Below, piece by piece: positions 13,182 to 26,248 of a stretch of DNA of 64,000 nt. Location of the stretch: contig NC_086097.1 of assembly GCF_963921235.1 (NCBI RefSeq), positions 150,538,001 through 150,602,000 of the forward strand, written 5' to 3'. The stretch's first letter is position 1. Every line of letters starts with the position of its first letter. The stretch comes from Mobula hypostoma. Lineage: Eukaryota. The notes beneath the pieces are model-generated. The model was not told the origin of the DNA. It saw nothing but the letters and a program-made list of their open reading frames with translations, and did no database searches. Made by a program: the position numbers and the translations under genes.

Positions 13182-13272
13182 CAAGGAAGGTCTTGATGCT
13201 GTGGATAGCAAGGAAGGTCTTGATGCTGTGGATAGCAAGGAAGGTCTTGATGCTGTGGATAGCAAGGAAGGT
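13182..13272. repeat. Perfect 27-bp tandem repeat, about 3.4 copies
   Basis: CAAGGAAGGTCTTGATGCTGTGGATAG x3 plus CAAGGAAGGT. Confidence 0.95.
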
Positions 13273-13449
13273 TGCATTAAGCCAGGGACGGCAAAGCTTT
13301 TTGATTGTGTGTGCCCAAACTGTCAATAACCTTTTAAACAAATTCTCTCACTTGCCATGTTATTTCTGAGTAAAGATTATCCTTAGTGAATTAGTAACAA
13401 TAATTATGGGCTTTTTTTTAAAAGAAAAAGGATGAATCCTGCTGCTATT

Positions 13450-13808
13450 TATTTATACTTTATACTTTATCGTCGCCAAACAATTGGTACTAGAACATAC
13501 AATCATCACAGCGATATTTGATTCTGTGCTTCCCACTCCCTGGATTACAAATATTAAATATTAAAAATAGTAAAAATTAGTAAATATTAAAAATTTAAAT
13601 TATAAGTCATAAATAGAAAATAGAAAATGGAAAGTAAGGTAGTGCAAAAAACCGAGAGGCAGGTCCAGATATTTGGAGGGTATGGCCCAGATCCAGGTCA
13701 GGATCCGTTCAGCAGTCTTATCACAGTTGGAAAGAAGCTGTTCCCAAATCTGGCTGTACGAGTCTTCAAGCTCCTGAGCCTTCTCCCGGAGGGAAGAGGG
13801 ACGAAAAG
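13450..13808 (-). mobile_element. Rex1/Babar-like LINE 3' end (different subfamily)
   Basis: Reverse strand encodes the degenerate C-terminal FRP..SGRRLRSLKTRTARFGNSFFPTVIRLLN motif; (TATACTT)n tail. Confidence 0.7.
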
Positions 13809-14137
13809 TAATTGTAATCATTGTAATATTTGTAATCATTTTACTGTTAACAGAAGTAAAACAGATTTTAAAAATGAAGCATTTTAGAAAACCCATTCAA
13901 AAATTAATATAATTAAAAAATATATAATTGAGAAGCTATCATTTCAAAATAGCATTGTTATTGTAATGGTTAACCATCTAAATGGCCATTCTTGTGAGTC
14001 TGCCAGTGTTTAGTGGCTTTAGCTCATTAGGCTTAGCTGGGATCAGGTTTGGGCAACATTAGGTATTTGGTAGGTTTCTCTCTTTCTGTTCATATTTGTT
14101 AATTCCTCACCTCTAAGAGCATAGTAGTTTAGTGAGG

Positions 14138-15432
14138 ATGACTCCAGGAACAGTGCCTTGTACTGTGTGTGGGATGTGGGAAATCAGGGAGACTGGAGGT
14201 CTCCCAGATAAACACACCTGCATCAGGTGAACCGAGCTGCAGCTTCTGAGAGAACATATTAAGGAATTGGAGCTGCAGCTCAGTGACCTTCACCTCATAC
14301 AGGAGAATGAGGAGGCAATAGACAGGAGCTGGAGGGAGGTAGTCACCCCTAGATTACAGGACAGGTAACTGGGTGACTGTCAGGAGAAGGAGGGGAAATG
14401 CACAGCCAGTGCAGAAAACACCTGTGGCCGTTCCCCTCAATAATAAGTTTACAACTTTAGATACTATTGAGGGGGATGACCTACCAGAGAAAGCTACAGT
14501 AACTGGGTCTCTGGCACTGAATATGGTGCTGTGGCTCAGAGGAGCAGAAAGGTGAAGAGGACTCCAGTGTTAAGAGGAGATTCTTTAGTCAGAGGAACAG
14601 AGATGAGGCTTTGAGGGTGTGACAGAGACACCTGGATGGTATGTTACCTCCCTGGTGCTAGGATCAGGAATCTCAGATTGGGTCCAAGGCATTTTCAAGG
14701 GTGAAGGTGTGCAGCCAGAAGTCTTGGTGCATATTGGCACCAATGACATAGGTAGACAAGGTGAAGAGGTCCTGAAGAAAGATTTTAGGGAGCTTGGTAG
14801 AAAGCTGAGAAACAGGACCTCCAGGGTGGTAATCTCTAGATTGTGGCCTGTGCCACATGTCAATGAGGGTAAGAATAGGATGATTTGGCAGGTGAATGCG
14901 TGGCTAAGTAACTTGTGCAGGGGGCAGGGATTCAGATCTCTGGATCACTGGGATCTCCTCTGGGGAAGGTACAACCTGTGCAAAAGGGATGGGTTGCACC
15001 TGAACCAGAGGGGGTCTAATATCCTCGACCAGATCCAGATGGTGTATACCCCACTGAGGGGGTCTAATATCCTTGACCAGATGGTGTATATCCAATTGAG
15101 GGGGTCTAATATCCTCGACCAGATCCAGATGGTGTATACCCCATTAAAAGAGGTGGCTGAAGATATTGCAGAGGCATTAGTAATGATCTTTTAAGAATGA
15201 CTAGTTTCTGGAATGGTTCCCAAAGACTGGAAAATTGCAGATGTCACTCCATTCTTCAAGAAGGAAGAGAGGCAGAAGAAAGATAACTCGTCTCACTTAG
15301 TCTCACCTCAGTGGTTGGGAAGATGTTGAGTCGATTATTAAAGATGACGCCTCCGGGCACTTAGAGGCACTTAGGTTTTCTCAATGGAAAATCTTACATG
15401 ACAAATCTGTTGGAATTCTTTGAAGAAATAAT
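14138..15432 (+). mobile_element. CR1 with ORF1 (CxxC, coiled coil, SGNH esterase) fused by internal deletion to mid-ORF2
   Basis: MTPGTVPCTVCGMWE at 14138; VLVHIGTNDIG and KRDGLHLN esterase motifs; then LKEVAEDIAEALVMIF, WKIADVTPFFKK, TNLLEFFEE of ORF2. Confidence 0.88.
15008..15145. repeat. Three tandem 48/42/48-bp units spanning the ORF1-ORF2 deletion junction
   Basis: GAGGGGGTCTAATATCCTCGACCAGAT(CCAGAT)GGTGTATACCCCA.. starting at 15008, 15056 and 15098. Confidence 0.9.
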
Positions 15433-15442
15433 AAGCGTCTAT

Positions 15443-15778
15443 TCAATACGTATATTGAATAGATTAAAAATTGTGCAAAAAACAGAAATACTACATATTA
15501 AACAAAAAGTGAGGTAGTGTCCAAGGATTCAATGTCCATTTAGGAATCAGATGGCAGAGGAGAAGAAGCTGTTCCTGAATCGCTGAGTGTGTGCCTTCAG
15601 GCTTCTGTACCTCCTACCTGATGGTAAAAATGAGAAAAGAGCATGCCTTGGGTGCTGGAGGTCCTTAATAATGGATGCTGCCTTTCTGAGACATTGCTCC
15701 TTGAAGATGTCCTGGGTACTTGGTAGGCTAGTACCCAAGATGGAGCCGACTAAATTTACAACCCTCTGCAGCTTCTTT
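15443..15778 (-). mobile_element. Rex1/Babar-like 3' fragment paralogous to 11916-12230
   Basis: Highly similar sequence; LPSGRRYRSLKAHTQRFRNSFF. Confidence 0.85.
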
Positions 15779-16789
15779 ATGTATGTTTATGTACCATATC
15801 ATTCTGATTCTATGTGAAAAGTGAATAAAAACATCAGTCTTCCTTCAGAAGCAGTGCATTAAGAACAATCAATACATTGTTAATATTGTGCTGCATCAAT
15901 TAATTCATGAAAGTGTTGCAGTCGACATAGACCCCAGTGTTTCAAAATACTTTTAGGCATGTGATTGAACGGATTGATGTAAATCAGAAAATAAGGCTTC
16001 AATTTATAACAGGCTGTATGATATTTAAACACTACAATCTTTATTCTCCAATTTTTGACCTTACTCAAATATAATAAGGCCTCATTTGTTCCTTAATCAT
16101 AATTAAGTTTATTTGAAATGCAGATTGGAGGGGTTCAGACATGCACTGGAAATAACTCTCTCATAATCATTGTCTATAAATGATGCCTGCATGAGTGCAT
16201 ATCTGTACGTGTGTTTGTGCATAACGTGGCCTTCCTGAAGTGACCGCATTGGTTCTCGTTCAGATGTATTAGGTTCACTGTCTATTTGTAATACTCATTT
16301 CAGAAGAGCAACACTATTTGATTTCTACTGGTGTTAACATCCACTTCTACAAGCAGAGAATACCTTGTTACTGATATAGGTACAACCAAGTCCTGCTGCA
16401 AAGACAAAATGTCACTATATTGCATCCAATAAGTAGCGGGTACCTGACAGTGCTTTGCACTCAAAATGCTCAGCAAGTGATACTTTCATAACCATCTCAA
16501 GTGAGTGGGCTATGACTAGCTATATTCAGTATATTATAAGATCAGAAAGGGAATGTTTTCCAGTGTTAATCTTCATTCACATCTCTTTAATCAAGGAATC
16601 CGTCCATACGGCAAATTCTAGACAACAACGAAGCCTGTGCTGAAAATCAGCAAGTAACATTGCACTAGGTAGGACCATCACAGACAAGAGAATCTAACCA
16701 TCTACTGTGACATTTTACAGAGTTACCATAGCAGAGTCCTCCACTATTAACTGCCAATGGGGGGGAGGGTCTGTTAAACACATAAATAG

Positions 16790-17440
16790 GAGGGAGGAGA
16801 AGATGGTGGTGCGACGCAGCGCACGCGGCCGTTCTGAATGATATCGATATGTGTTAACTAGGATGCTGTGCACAATCCTGATTTGATGGAGACAGCCATG
16901 AGAAGGGCAGAGGAACACCTGGAGAAACTTCTGAAATGCCTGCTCCACTGCCGCTGCTACTGTGCGATCGAGAATCTCCGGAGGGGAAGGCCCCAAATCC
17001 TCGGCTTTGCCTATTGCCTGTTGCCGGAGCCAGGGTTGAAGCGCTCGACAGAGATGGTGCTCGGTGCTCGGTGTTGGAGAGCTGGTCGGAGGCTCGGAGT
17101 TTTCAGACGGACTCGGAGTCGGACTGTGGTCGGATGCTTCCAGGATGCTGCATTGGCAAGTTTGCGGCGCTGGAGGTTCACCGTCTGTGTGAGATGATGG
17201 GACTTTCGAGAGACTTTGAGACTTTTTACCATGCCCATGGTCTGTTCTTTATCAAATTATGGTATTGCTTTGCACTGTTGTAACTATATGTTATAATTAT
17301 GTGGTTTTTGTCAGTTTTTCAGTCGGTTTGTCATGTGTTTCTGTGATATCATTCTGGAGAAACATCGTATCATTTCTTAATGCATGCATCACTAAATGAC
17401 GATAAAAGAGGACTGCGTGTCCTCATAATCTAATCTAATG
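16790..17440 (+). mobile_element. Non-autonomous SINE-like retroelement with CpG-rich head and (AATCT)n tail
   Basis: Begins GAGGGAGGAGAAGATGGTGG; ends TCATAATCTAATCTAA; flanked by TAAATAG at 16783-16789 and 17441-17447; no RT-like ORF. Confidence 0.7.
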
Positions 17441-17794
17441 TAAATAGTGAGAGTACAAGAGTACAAGAGCAGCTAGTCATTGAGAGCATTCAGCACAATG
17501 CCAAAACAAAAAATGTCTCAAGATACAAGTTTGGAGCATGATGGAATACTCCTTACTTCTCTGATACTTCAGCTCTAATAACACCCAAGAGCCACCTACA
17601 ATAAAGCAGTCCGACGACTGGCACAATGTACATCAGCATCAGTGTGTGTCAAGAGGAGGGGGAGATTGAGCAATATGAAATGAACACTTTGGGTCTAAGC
17701 AAAGGAATATATGGTTAAAATACAAAGAAACAGGAGAAGAAGCAGGCCATCTGCCCCCTTAAGCCTGCTGTGCTATTCTGTTACTATTACTGCT

Positions 17795-20528
17795 CCCTGT
17801 TACTATTGATGGTGAGGACGTGGATGTGGTGAGGACCTGGGCATGCACCTGGATGACAGACTTGAGTGGAGGACCAACACAGAGGCTGTGTACAAGAAGG
17901 GCCTGAGTCACCTCTATTCCTGAGGAGACTGAGATCCTTTGGAGTAAGTAGGCCTGTCCTTCACATGTTCTACCAGTTTGTTGTCACCAGTACAATCTTC
18001 TGTGCAGTGGTGTGATGGGGCAATGGCATCAACACGTGTGATGCCAACAGGCTCAATAAACTGATTAGAAAGGCTGGCTCTGTTATAGGAGTCAAACTGG
18101 ACACACTGGAGGCTGTGGTAGAACAAAGGACAATAGACAATAGGTGCAGGAGTAGGCCATTCGGCCCTTTGAGCCGGCATCGCCATTCACTGTGATCATG
18201 GCTGATCATCCACAATCAGTACCCCGTTCCTGCCTTCTCCCCATATCCCTTGACTCCACTATCTTTAAGAGCTCCATCTAACTCTTTCTTGAAAGCATCC
18301 AGAGAATCGGCCTCCACTGCCTTCTGAGGCAGAGCATTCCACAGATCCACAACTCTCTGGTGAAAAAGTATTTCCTCAACTCCATTCTAAATGGCCTACC
18401 CCTTATTCTTAAACTGTGGCCTCTGGTTCTGGACTCCCCCAACATCGGGAACCTGTTTCCTGCTTCTAGCGTGTCCAATCCCTTAATAATCTTATATGTT
18501 TCAATCAGATCCCCTCTCATCCTTCTAAATTCCAGTTTATACAAGCCCAGTTGCTCCAATCTTTCAACATACGACAGTCCCTCCATCCCGGGAATTAACC
18601 TTGTGAACCTACACTGCACTCCCTCAATAGCAAGAATGTCCTTCCTTAAATTTGGAGACCAAAACTACAAAGAATACTCCAGGTGTGGTCTCACCAGGGC
18701 CCTGTACAACTGCAGAAGAACCTCTTTGCTTCTATACTCAACTCCCCTTGTTACGAAGGCCAACATGCTTTCTTCACTGCCTGCTGTACCTGCATGCTAA
18801 CTTTCAGTGACCGATGAAAAAGGACACCTAAATCTCATTGTACTTCCCCTTTTCCTAACTTGACACCATTCAGATAGTAATCTGCCTTCCTGTTCTTGCC
18901 ACTAAGGCGGATAACCTCACATTTATCCATATTAAACTGCATCAGCCATCTATCTGCCCACTCACTCAACCCGTCCAAGTCACCCTGCATTCTCATAACA
19001 TCCTCCTCACATTTCACACTGCCAGCCAGCTTTGTGTCATCTGCAAATTTACTAATGTTACCTTTAATCACGTCATCTAAATCATTAATATATGTTGTAA
19101 AAAGCTGCGGTCCCAGCACCGAGCCTTGCGGTACCCCACTAGTCACTGCCAGCCACCTGCCATTCAGAAAGGGACCCATTAATCCCTACTCTTTGTTTCC
19201 TGTCTGCTAACCAATTTTCTATCCATGTCAGTACTCTACCCCGAAAACCATGTGCTCCAATTTTGCCCACTAATCTCCTATGCGGGATCTTATCAAAGGC
19301 TTTCTGAAAGTCCAGGTACACTACATCCACCGGCTCTCCCTTGTCCATTTTCATAGTTACATCCTCTAAAAATTCCAGAAGATTAGTCAAGCATGATTTC
19401 TCCTTCGTAAATCCATGCTGACTCGGACCGATCTTGCTACTGCTATCCAAATGTGCCACTATTTCATCTCTTATAATTGACTCCAGCATCTTCCCCACCA
19501 CTGATGTCAGGCTAACTGGCTAATTCCCCATTTTCTCTCTCCCTCCTTTCTTAAAAAGTGGGATAATATTAGCTACCCTCCAATCCACAGGAACTGATCC
19601 TGAATTTATAGAACATTGGAAATTGATTACCAATGCGTCCACAATTTCTAGAGCCACTTCCTTAAGTACCCTGGGATGCAGACCATCAGGCCCTGGGGAT
19701 TTATCAGCCTTCAGTCCCATCAGTCTATCCAACACCATTTTAGCCTAATGTGAATTTCCTTCAGTTCCTCCGTTACCCTAGGTCCTCTGGCCACTATTAC
19801 ATCTGAGAGATTGTTCGTGTCTTTCCTAGTGAAGACAGGTCCAAAGTACCTGTTCAACTCGTCTACCATTTCTTTGTTCCCCAGAATAAATTCATCCGTT
19901 TCAGTCTTCAAGGGACCAACTTTGGTCTTAACTAATTTTTTCCTCTTCACATACCTAAGAAGCTTTTACTATCTTCCTTTATATTCTTGGCTAGCTTACC
20001 TTCGTCCCTCTTCTTTTCTCCCCGTATTGCCTTTTTAGTTATCTTCTGTTGCTCTTTAAAAGTTTCCCAATCCTCTGGCTTCCTGCTCATCTTTACTATG
20101 TTATACTTCTTCTCTTTGATTTTTATACTGTCCTTGACTTCCCTTGTCAGCCACAGTCGCCCCTTACTCCCCTTAGAATCTTTCTTCCTCTTTTCAAGGA
20201 CCCTAGGAAAAATACTTTCAATCTGGACAATGTTTCTTACCCTCTGCATGCCACCTTGGCTGAACAGAGGAGCACTTTTAGTATAGACTAAGGCAACTGT
20301 GCTGCTCCATAAAGCGTTACCTGAGGTCATTCTTACCCTTGGTCATTAGGTTCTATAATGAGTCAACTATAGCCGGGGAAATGATGACTCCCTCCGGTTA
20401 GACTGTTTGAGGTAACTTATTTTTTATTCTTTCTTACTTCTCTTCTCTTCTAATATTTGGATATCCGTGTACTTGTAATGCTACTGTGACAGTATAATTT
20501 CCTTTGAGAACAATAATCTATTTATCTA
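17795..20528 (+). mobile_element. Rex1/Babar-like 3' fragment split by a CR1 (host parts 17795-18128 and 20196-20528)
   Basis: LGMHLDDRLEWRTNTEAVYKKGLSHLYSLRRLRSF..RLNKLIRKAGSVIG; the host resumes after the CR1 at 20196; (TCTA)n-like tail. Confidence 0.8.
18129..20193 (-). mobile_element. CR1 LINE, ~2 kb, covering the RT domain with frameshifts
   Basis: [57 protein letters not shown]. Candidate TSD AAGGAC at 18126-18131 and 20196-20201. Confidence 0.93.
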
Positions 20529-21864
20529 TGTAATCATTGTTGACCTATCCTAGGCCTCAATTTTTCCGTGCCAGTTCTACCAGAAATCCCACTGAAACAA
20601 CATTTCAAAATATGAATGATCTCTCTTTAAATGCTATCAGTCATCTAGCCTCCACAGCCCTCTTGGGGTAGGGAGTTGCAGAGTTTCAGGATGAGATCAA
20701 AATTTGTAAAAACGAAAAATTAGATGTATAAACTGAGCCAAACTAGTTCAACTGCAACTGCTACAGATTAAGGAATTATAGCTAAAAACTGGAGAATTAC
20801 AAATGTTGCAACCATATTCATATTCATAACATATCTTTGGAGATAATCCCAGTAAATAAATTAGCATGTAGCTTAACCTTGGTATGAGGAAAATTTCCAG
20901 AAGCAGTGTACTGATTACAGAAAAAACAGCATGGATCTCCTGAAGACAAATTGCATCCTTCTCATTTGACTGAGTCTTTTGAAGTAGGAACAAACGGAGT
21001 AAATAAGGACAGGTTATGAAAATGATTTAAAAATGTATGAGGTACATAATACAAAAGGAAGGTAGACATGAGGAATCATTATAAAACTCTGCATTTGCCA
21101 GCAATGGAGTTCTGTGTCCAGCTCTGAACAGCATACTTTACGAACGATGTCAAGGCTTTAGAAAGGTGCAGAAGAAATTTACCAATATAACTCTGGGTCT
21201 TAAATGATAGTATGGCCTAAACCTACAATATTTTGACAGAGATAAGCATCTCCTAAACATCCAAAACAGGAACTCATAATAGTGAAAGTTCAGTCATTTA
21301 GATGGGCAGGCATAGCACCTGATCACATAATCTTTTCATCCGTATTTCATGTTATCCTGACTAACAATTACAACCAAGAGCAACTGTAGAGACATCATGT
21401 TAGTAGCTCTCTGATGCCATCCATCCACCTGTTTGGATTGCTGTTCTTAAAAGTAATCTTTTACAGTTTTCATTAACTTTCCAAGCATAATCTTTTTTTT
21501 AAATCCAATATTTTTGCTAAAGCACACAAGCCAGAAGGAAACAAGTAGGCTAATTTTGGGCTGTGGCTGAATGATTAGGTCTCTTCCTATGGGCATTTGA
21601 ACTATTTTCTCAGCAACGCATTTCAAACTTCCCTTCATGTGACCACTTTCACACTTGTACTGGTCAAATCAACAATTTCACTAGTTTTACTTTAGCAATG
21701 ACAATGGTTGCTTTAACTTCAATGATTTTGATTAACCTAGACATTGCTTTTCTTCCCAAAATTAATCTTTTAAATTTTTTTTCCCACACATTTCTCCCAT
21801 TTCTGCCCACACTGTTTCACAGGAGCCAGCACCTGTCTGCTATAGATCCCCGGCCACCAGCCAC

Positions 21865-22320
21865 TTGAAGATTCACAAAAATGATTCCCGGATTGAATGG
21901 CTTGTCATTTGATGGCTCCGGCCTCTTTCACTAGAATTCAGAAGAATGATGGGTGACCTCATTGAAACCTATTGAATGGTGAAAGAGTGGATGCGGAGAG
22001 GATGTTTTCTTTGGTAAGAGCATCTAAGACCAGAGGACACAGCCTCAGAATAGAGGGGCATCCTTTTAGGACAGAGATGAGGAGGAACTTCCTTAGGCAG
22101 AGAGTGGTGAATCTGTGGAATTCTTTGTCACAGGCAGCTGAAGAGGTCAAATCTTTATGTATATTTAAGACAGAGGTTGATAGATTCTTGATTGGTCAGG
22201 GCATGAAAGGATATGGGGAGAAGGCAGAAGATTGGGGCTGAAAGGAAAATTGGATCAGACATGATGAAATGGCAGAGCAGACGTGACGGGCCAAATGGCC
22301 TATATCTTACGGTCTTATAA
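21865..22320 (+). mobile_element. CR1 3' fragment
   Basis: KTRGHSLRIEGHPFRTEMRRNFLRQRVVNLWNSL plus 3' UTR. Confidence 0.88.
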
Positions 22321-23481
22321 CAATGAAACATTTGACATATTTTCTTTGTATGTATGAAACCACTAACCCTCTACACTCTTTTTAAAAGAATGATCTGATT
22401 GCTAATAACTGCAAAGCATAATTTACCGTCAATGTCACCAAGACAGAATGATTCTGAATTCAGAGTGTAGGCAGTTTTTTGGTCACTTTTATGTTGAGAT
22501 AGAGTGAAACAGACACAACAAGTGCAGGATTTAACTATGAGCAAGACAGGTACATGCTCTTGGGGAGCTCAGATCATTCAACAATAAGAAGGTGATAATG
22601 AAGTTAACCCTGGATATCAAGAGCCTAAATTGCAGTTGATAGTTTCTTAAACAGTTACAGCAATTTAGTCAGTACTGTTGGTTGAATAAGCTAAGACATC
22701 AGACGAAACACTTCTTCAAGTAGGATGGAACCTGGATTCATCCTATCTGACAATTCAGACAAAACTTAATACACCACCAAGTTGTCAATGATCCTATTCC
22801 AACTGTAAAATGGAGTTACAGGAAGGACAGCTGGTGATGTAATAATAATTGTATTCTGGACAGCTGAATACAATTTTTACATTTCAAAGAACTACACAGC
22901 CAATTAATTACTTTTTAAATCTTTGTTGTTAGCTAGCCAGGGCTGGCAACTAAATTGGTACATTTATGACCATTAAAGTTCAGACAAAGCAAAAGGGTTA
23001 TTCGAAGGATAAATGACACTTAAGAGAAATTTTCTTGAATTGTGCTCTGGGATATTTTAGGTTTACCAAAATAATTAGACAGAAGGTCAGATTATCTCTC
23101 ACCCAAATAAAGAGCTCCTATCACAGTATTCATTTGGTGATGCAAGTACTGGTCAGAGGAGTGGAACTTAAGCTCATGATATTGTATGTATCGGGTCTTA
23201 TTATTATCAAGTCAAGGGTAACTTGTTATTCACAAATAGTGTTAGAGAAAAGATGGCATACTGTGTTAATATACTATTGATCCAGAAGCCTAAACTAATG
23301 AACTGGAGATATGACCAAATCTTACCAAGGAACTTAATTGACTTACATTCAGTTAATTAAATAAATCTATAGTAAAATAAAAACTCATATTAAAAACTAT
23401 AATCATGAAAGTTTGGTTAAAAAAAAAGCACTAAATTTGGAAATGTTTAGGTAAATAAAATCTGTAACTCTTAACCACATT

Positions 23482-23596
23482 CTACAGAGATGCTGGAAAT
23501 CTTGAGCACACATACAAAATGCTGGAGGAACACAGCAAATCAGGCAGCATCTATGGAGGGGATAAACAGCCAGTGTTTCAGGCTGAGAGTCCTTGA
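23482..23596 (-). mobile_element. Penelope terminal fragment
   Basis: GATGCTGGAAATC..CAAAATGCTGGAGGAACACAGC..CAGGCAGCATCTATGG, similar to 38395-38500 and 5579-5630. Confidence 0.7.
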
Positions 23597-23978
23597 GTGT
23601 GTTGCACCGTAGTTCCTAAGCTGTATGGCCAAATTACATTGCCAGAGACAAGAGCAATGAGATTGATTCTTAGCTGTGCTCTCAAAAAGTATATAAAGCC
23701 GTTTGTTTCAAGGACACTTTCAGATAGACAATGTAAACATGCTTTGAGAAAATACATTAAAAATACTCTCCATTGTGAGACGTAATAGGTTTGAGAAAAT
23801 TAGTTCTATTTTGATGATTGATCTAAGATTTTTTTTAAAAAAAGATCAGACAGCTTGGGCAAAAAGTAAAAGTCTGACTGCTTGGGGCAAAGCTCTGTGG
23901 ACAGCATCATTTTAGAAGCAATGCCTCTTGACACATCATCCTTTGGCATGGATTATCATGTCTGGGAGAGAAACTTAC

Positions 23979-24211
23979 CAGCTCACCATGGTTCTTCTGG
24001 TGTGCCTGCAGTTTGTACTTGTCCGCAGTGGTGTAGCGGCATCCCTCGGCCGGGCACCTCAGCTGAATGTTGCTGTGCTTCTGCACAACATGGCGCTTGA
24101 GACAGTTCTTGGTGATGGAGGAGTAGCTGCACTGAGAGCAGTAGTAAAGATGCTCCCTCGTGTGCGTCCGAATATGCATGTCATAGTGCACCTGGTACCA
24201 GTATAACTTTC
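23979..24211 (-). CDS. ZFAT: ZFAT internal coding exon
   Basis: (G)KLYWYQVHYDMHIRTHTREHLYYCSQCSYSSITKNCLKRHVVQKHSNIQLRCPAEGCRYTTADKYKLQAHQKNHGEL. Acceptor taaag|GA completes the split Gly codon of the previous exon; donor CTG|gtaagt; 233 nt. Confidence 0.95.
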
Positions 24212-24815
24212 CTTTAAAGAAGGGACAGGGCAGAAAGATAAACAGAGGAGGCACAGTAGATGAGGAGTAGGGCAGGTAGGGTGAGGGGTTTGGGTAGGGA
24301 GGGGGAAAGACAGTTCTGTTAAATAAATAAGTAGGTCTAGAAATGCTGGTCCTTTTTAGCTACGGGAAAGCTGTATGGGAAAATTCAGGGTGAAGCTTAC
24401 AGTTTCTTTTGCATAAGTTTCACTTTAAAGTGCTCATATTTATCAGTTCATAACTTTGCCCCACTTTAAATAACAGCCACCAAATTTATAGTAATATACT
24501 TAAAAGCTATGTGCAAGAAGGTTTACATCATAAAATGTGACATGTATGTGGCCTTGCTTTTTTATGTCCAAAATACAGTGGCATGCAAAAGTTTAGGCAC
24601 CCCTGGTCAAAATTTCTGTTACTGTGAATAGCTAAGTGAGTAAATAATGACCTGATTTCCAAAAGGCATAAAGTTAAAGATGACACATTTCTTTAATATT
24701 TTAAGCAAGATTTTTTTTTTATTTCCATCTTTTACAGTTTAAAAATAACAAAAAAGGAAAAGGGCCTGAAGCAAAAGTTTGGGCACCCTGCATGGTCAGT
24801 ACTCAGTAACACCCC

Positions 24816-26248
24816 CAGACATCCCACCTCTCCCGGGAGTTCCGGGAATCTCCTGCATATCCATAGTGGCTCCTTGAAGCCCGAAAATTATATACAATAT
24901 CCCGGAAATTGATTTTTTAGAGAGGGAGAGGGAAAAAAAAGAAAGAAAATGAATGAATCCTGCTTGGTCTCTCTTTGTGCTAAGTAGACCTATCCGTTTT
25001 CACTGTGGGCGGGCTTTACAGTCGTCCTCTCTCTCTCTTCCATATTCCATCAGTTCAGTTACTGCCTTCTGTAATGACGCTGAAATGATCCGAACAACTG
25101 TCGGTGATGAAGTACAAAAGTCTGGTGAAGAAATTCCCAAAGCTGGCGGAGACAACCTGACTACGCGAGGCTGTCCTATGCGGGCGGGGCACAGTGGCGT
25201 CTTAAAGCGGATTACAGCGGGGTTTAAATTGGAGTGAAATTCCAAAATCGTCTGCTAAGATATCTTTATAAATGCACTCACAGCAAGCAAATTCTTCGGG
25301 GTTTTTTTCCTGAAACATTTCCACTTACAGGTACATTAAAGCTCGTGATGGGCTGGGTTTAAGCGCAGCCGTTTTCAGAAGAAAAACCGATTTTAATAAA
25401 TACCCGGCCCCCACCGAGGTCTCATCATTAGGACAGCAAACTGTTTACCTGTGCTGCGCACTTTATATGTATTTTGAATTACATTTTATTAAATAATACG
25501 GTAATATATCGTTTTATGTGGTGTGCATGATATATGTATTGTGGCTACACCGTGGTCCGGACAGAGGATGTTTCACTTGTGGACAATCAGCCAGATGACA
25601 ATAAACTTGAACTTGACGATACAGAACTTCTAAATCACTCATTTAAAATCCCCCATTTCGGTGTAAAAAAGTAAGTTCTGATCCTGACTATTGCAGGCAA
25701 CGCGTGTGTGCGTGTGCGTGTGCGTGTGAGAGAGAGAGACACACACACACTACGGATGTATATGCGATTCGAATGGACATTAAGCAGCACACACCTGTAA
25801 TAACGATACACCTTATGCTTTTATTTCTTTTAGGAACCACAACATATCAGGGAGGCTAAGCACAGGGAAGGCTGCTCAAGTATTTCACAGTTCTTTTCAG
25901 CAGAAAACCAAAGTCTGACAGAGAAGGTCACTATAGCTGAGGTGTACTTTATATCTTTCATAGTTGAGCATAACCTGCCATTCCAGGTGTGTAAGCACAC
26001 AGGCAAGCTATTCAGGAAAATGTTTCCTGATTCAGAAATAGCAAAAAACTATGCCTGCTCATTTACCAAGACAGCAGCTATTGTGAACAAGGCACATTAA
26101 GACAGAATTCAGAAGTCAGCGGTCTCACAAAACACTTGTGAATCTGATGCCTTGCAAGATTAACAAATTCATTGACACAGACAGCTATGAGGTTGAGACT
26201 TCCGGTTGAGACCTCCCTGAAATGAGTTTTTGCAGGGTGGGATGTCTG
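24816..26248 (+). mobile_element. Internally deleted hAT-superfamily DNA transposon with 6-bp TSD
   Basis: 13-bp perfect TIR CAGACATCCCACC; CACCCC at 24810-24815 and 26249-26254; transposase remnant EKVTIAEVYFISFIVEHNLPFQVCKHTGKLFRKMFPDSEIAKNYACSFTKTAAIV at ~25920-26085. Confidence 0.85.
25703..25750. repeat. Compound microsatellite (GTGTGC)n(GA)n(CA)n
   Basis: Read directly. Confidence 0.9.

Noticed and set aside
13182..13272. 27-bp direct repeats as a CRISPR array
   Set aside because: The units are contiguous with no spacers, the context is eukaryotic, and there are no cas genes.
15008..15145. Repeat/spacer-like array
   Set aside because: It is a tandem triplication of CR1-derived sequence with no unique spacers.
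16715..17283. Several overlapping 75-115-aa ORFs as a small gene
   Set aside because: They are a by-product of GC-rich retroposon sequence, with no recognisable domain or splice structure.
23732..23745. TGTAAACAT as a miR-30 family seed (miR-30b/d lie near ZFAT in other vertebrates)
   Set aside because: The sequence after the seed does not match mature miR-30, and no hairpin is evident.
23981..23990. Alternative donor ATG|GTGAGC 8 nt upstream of the chosen donor
   Set aside because: It would break the phase with the next exon; CTG|GTAAGT is a better consensus and keeps the ZFAT frame.
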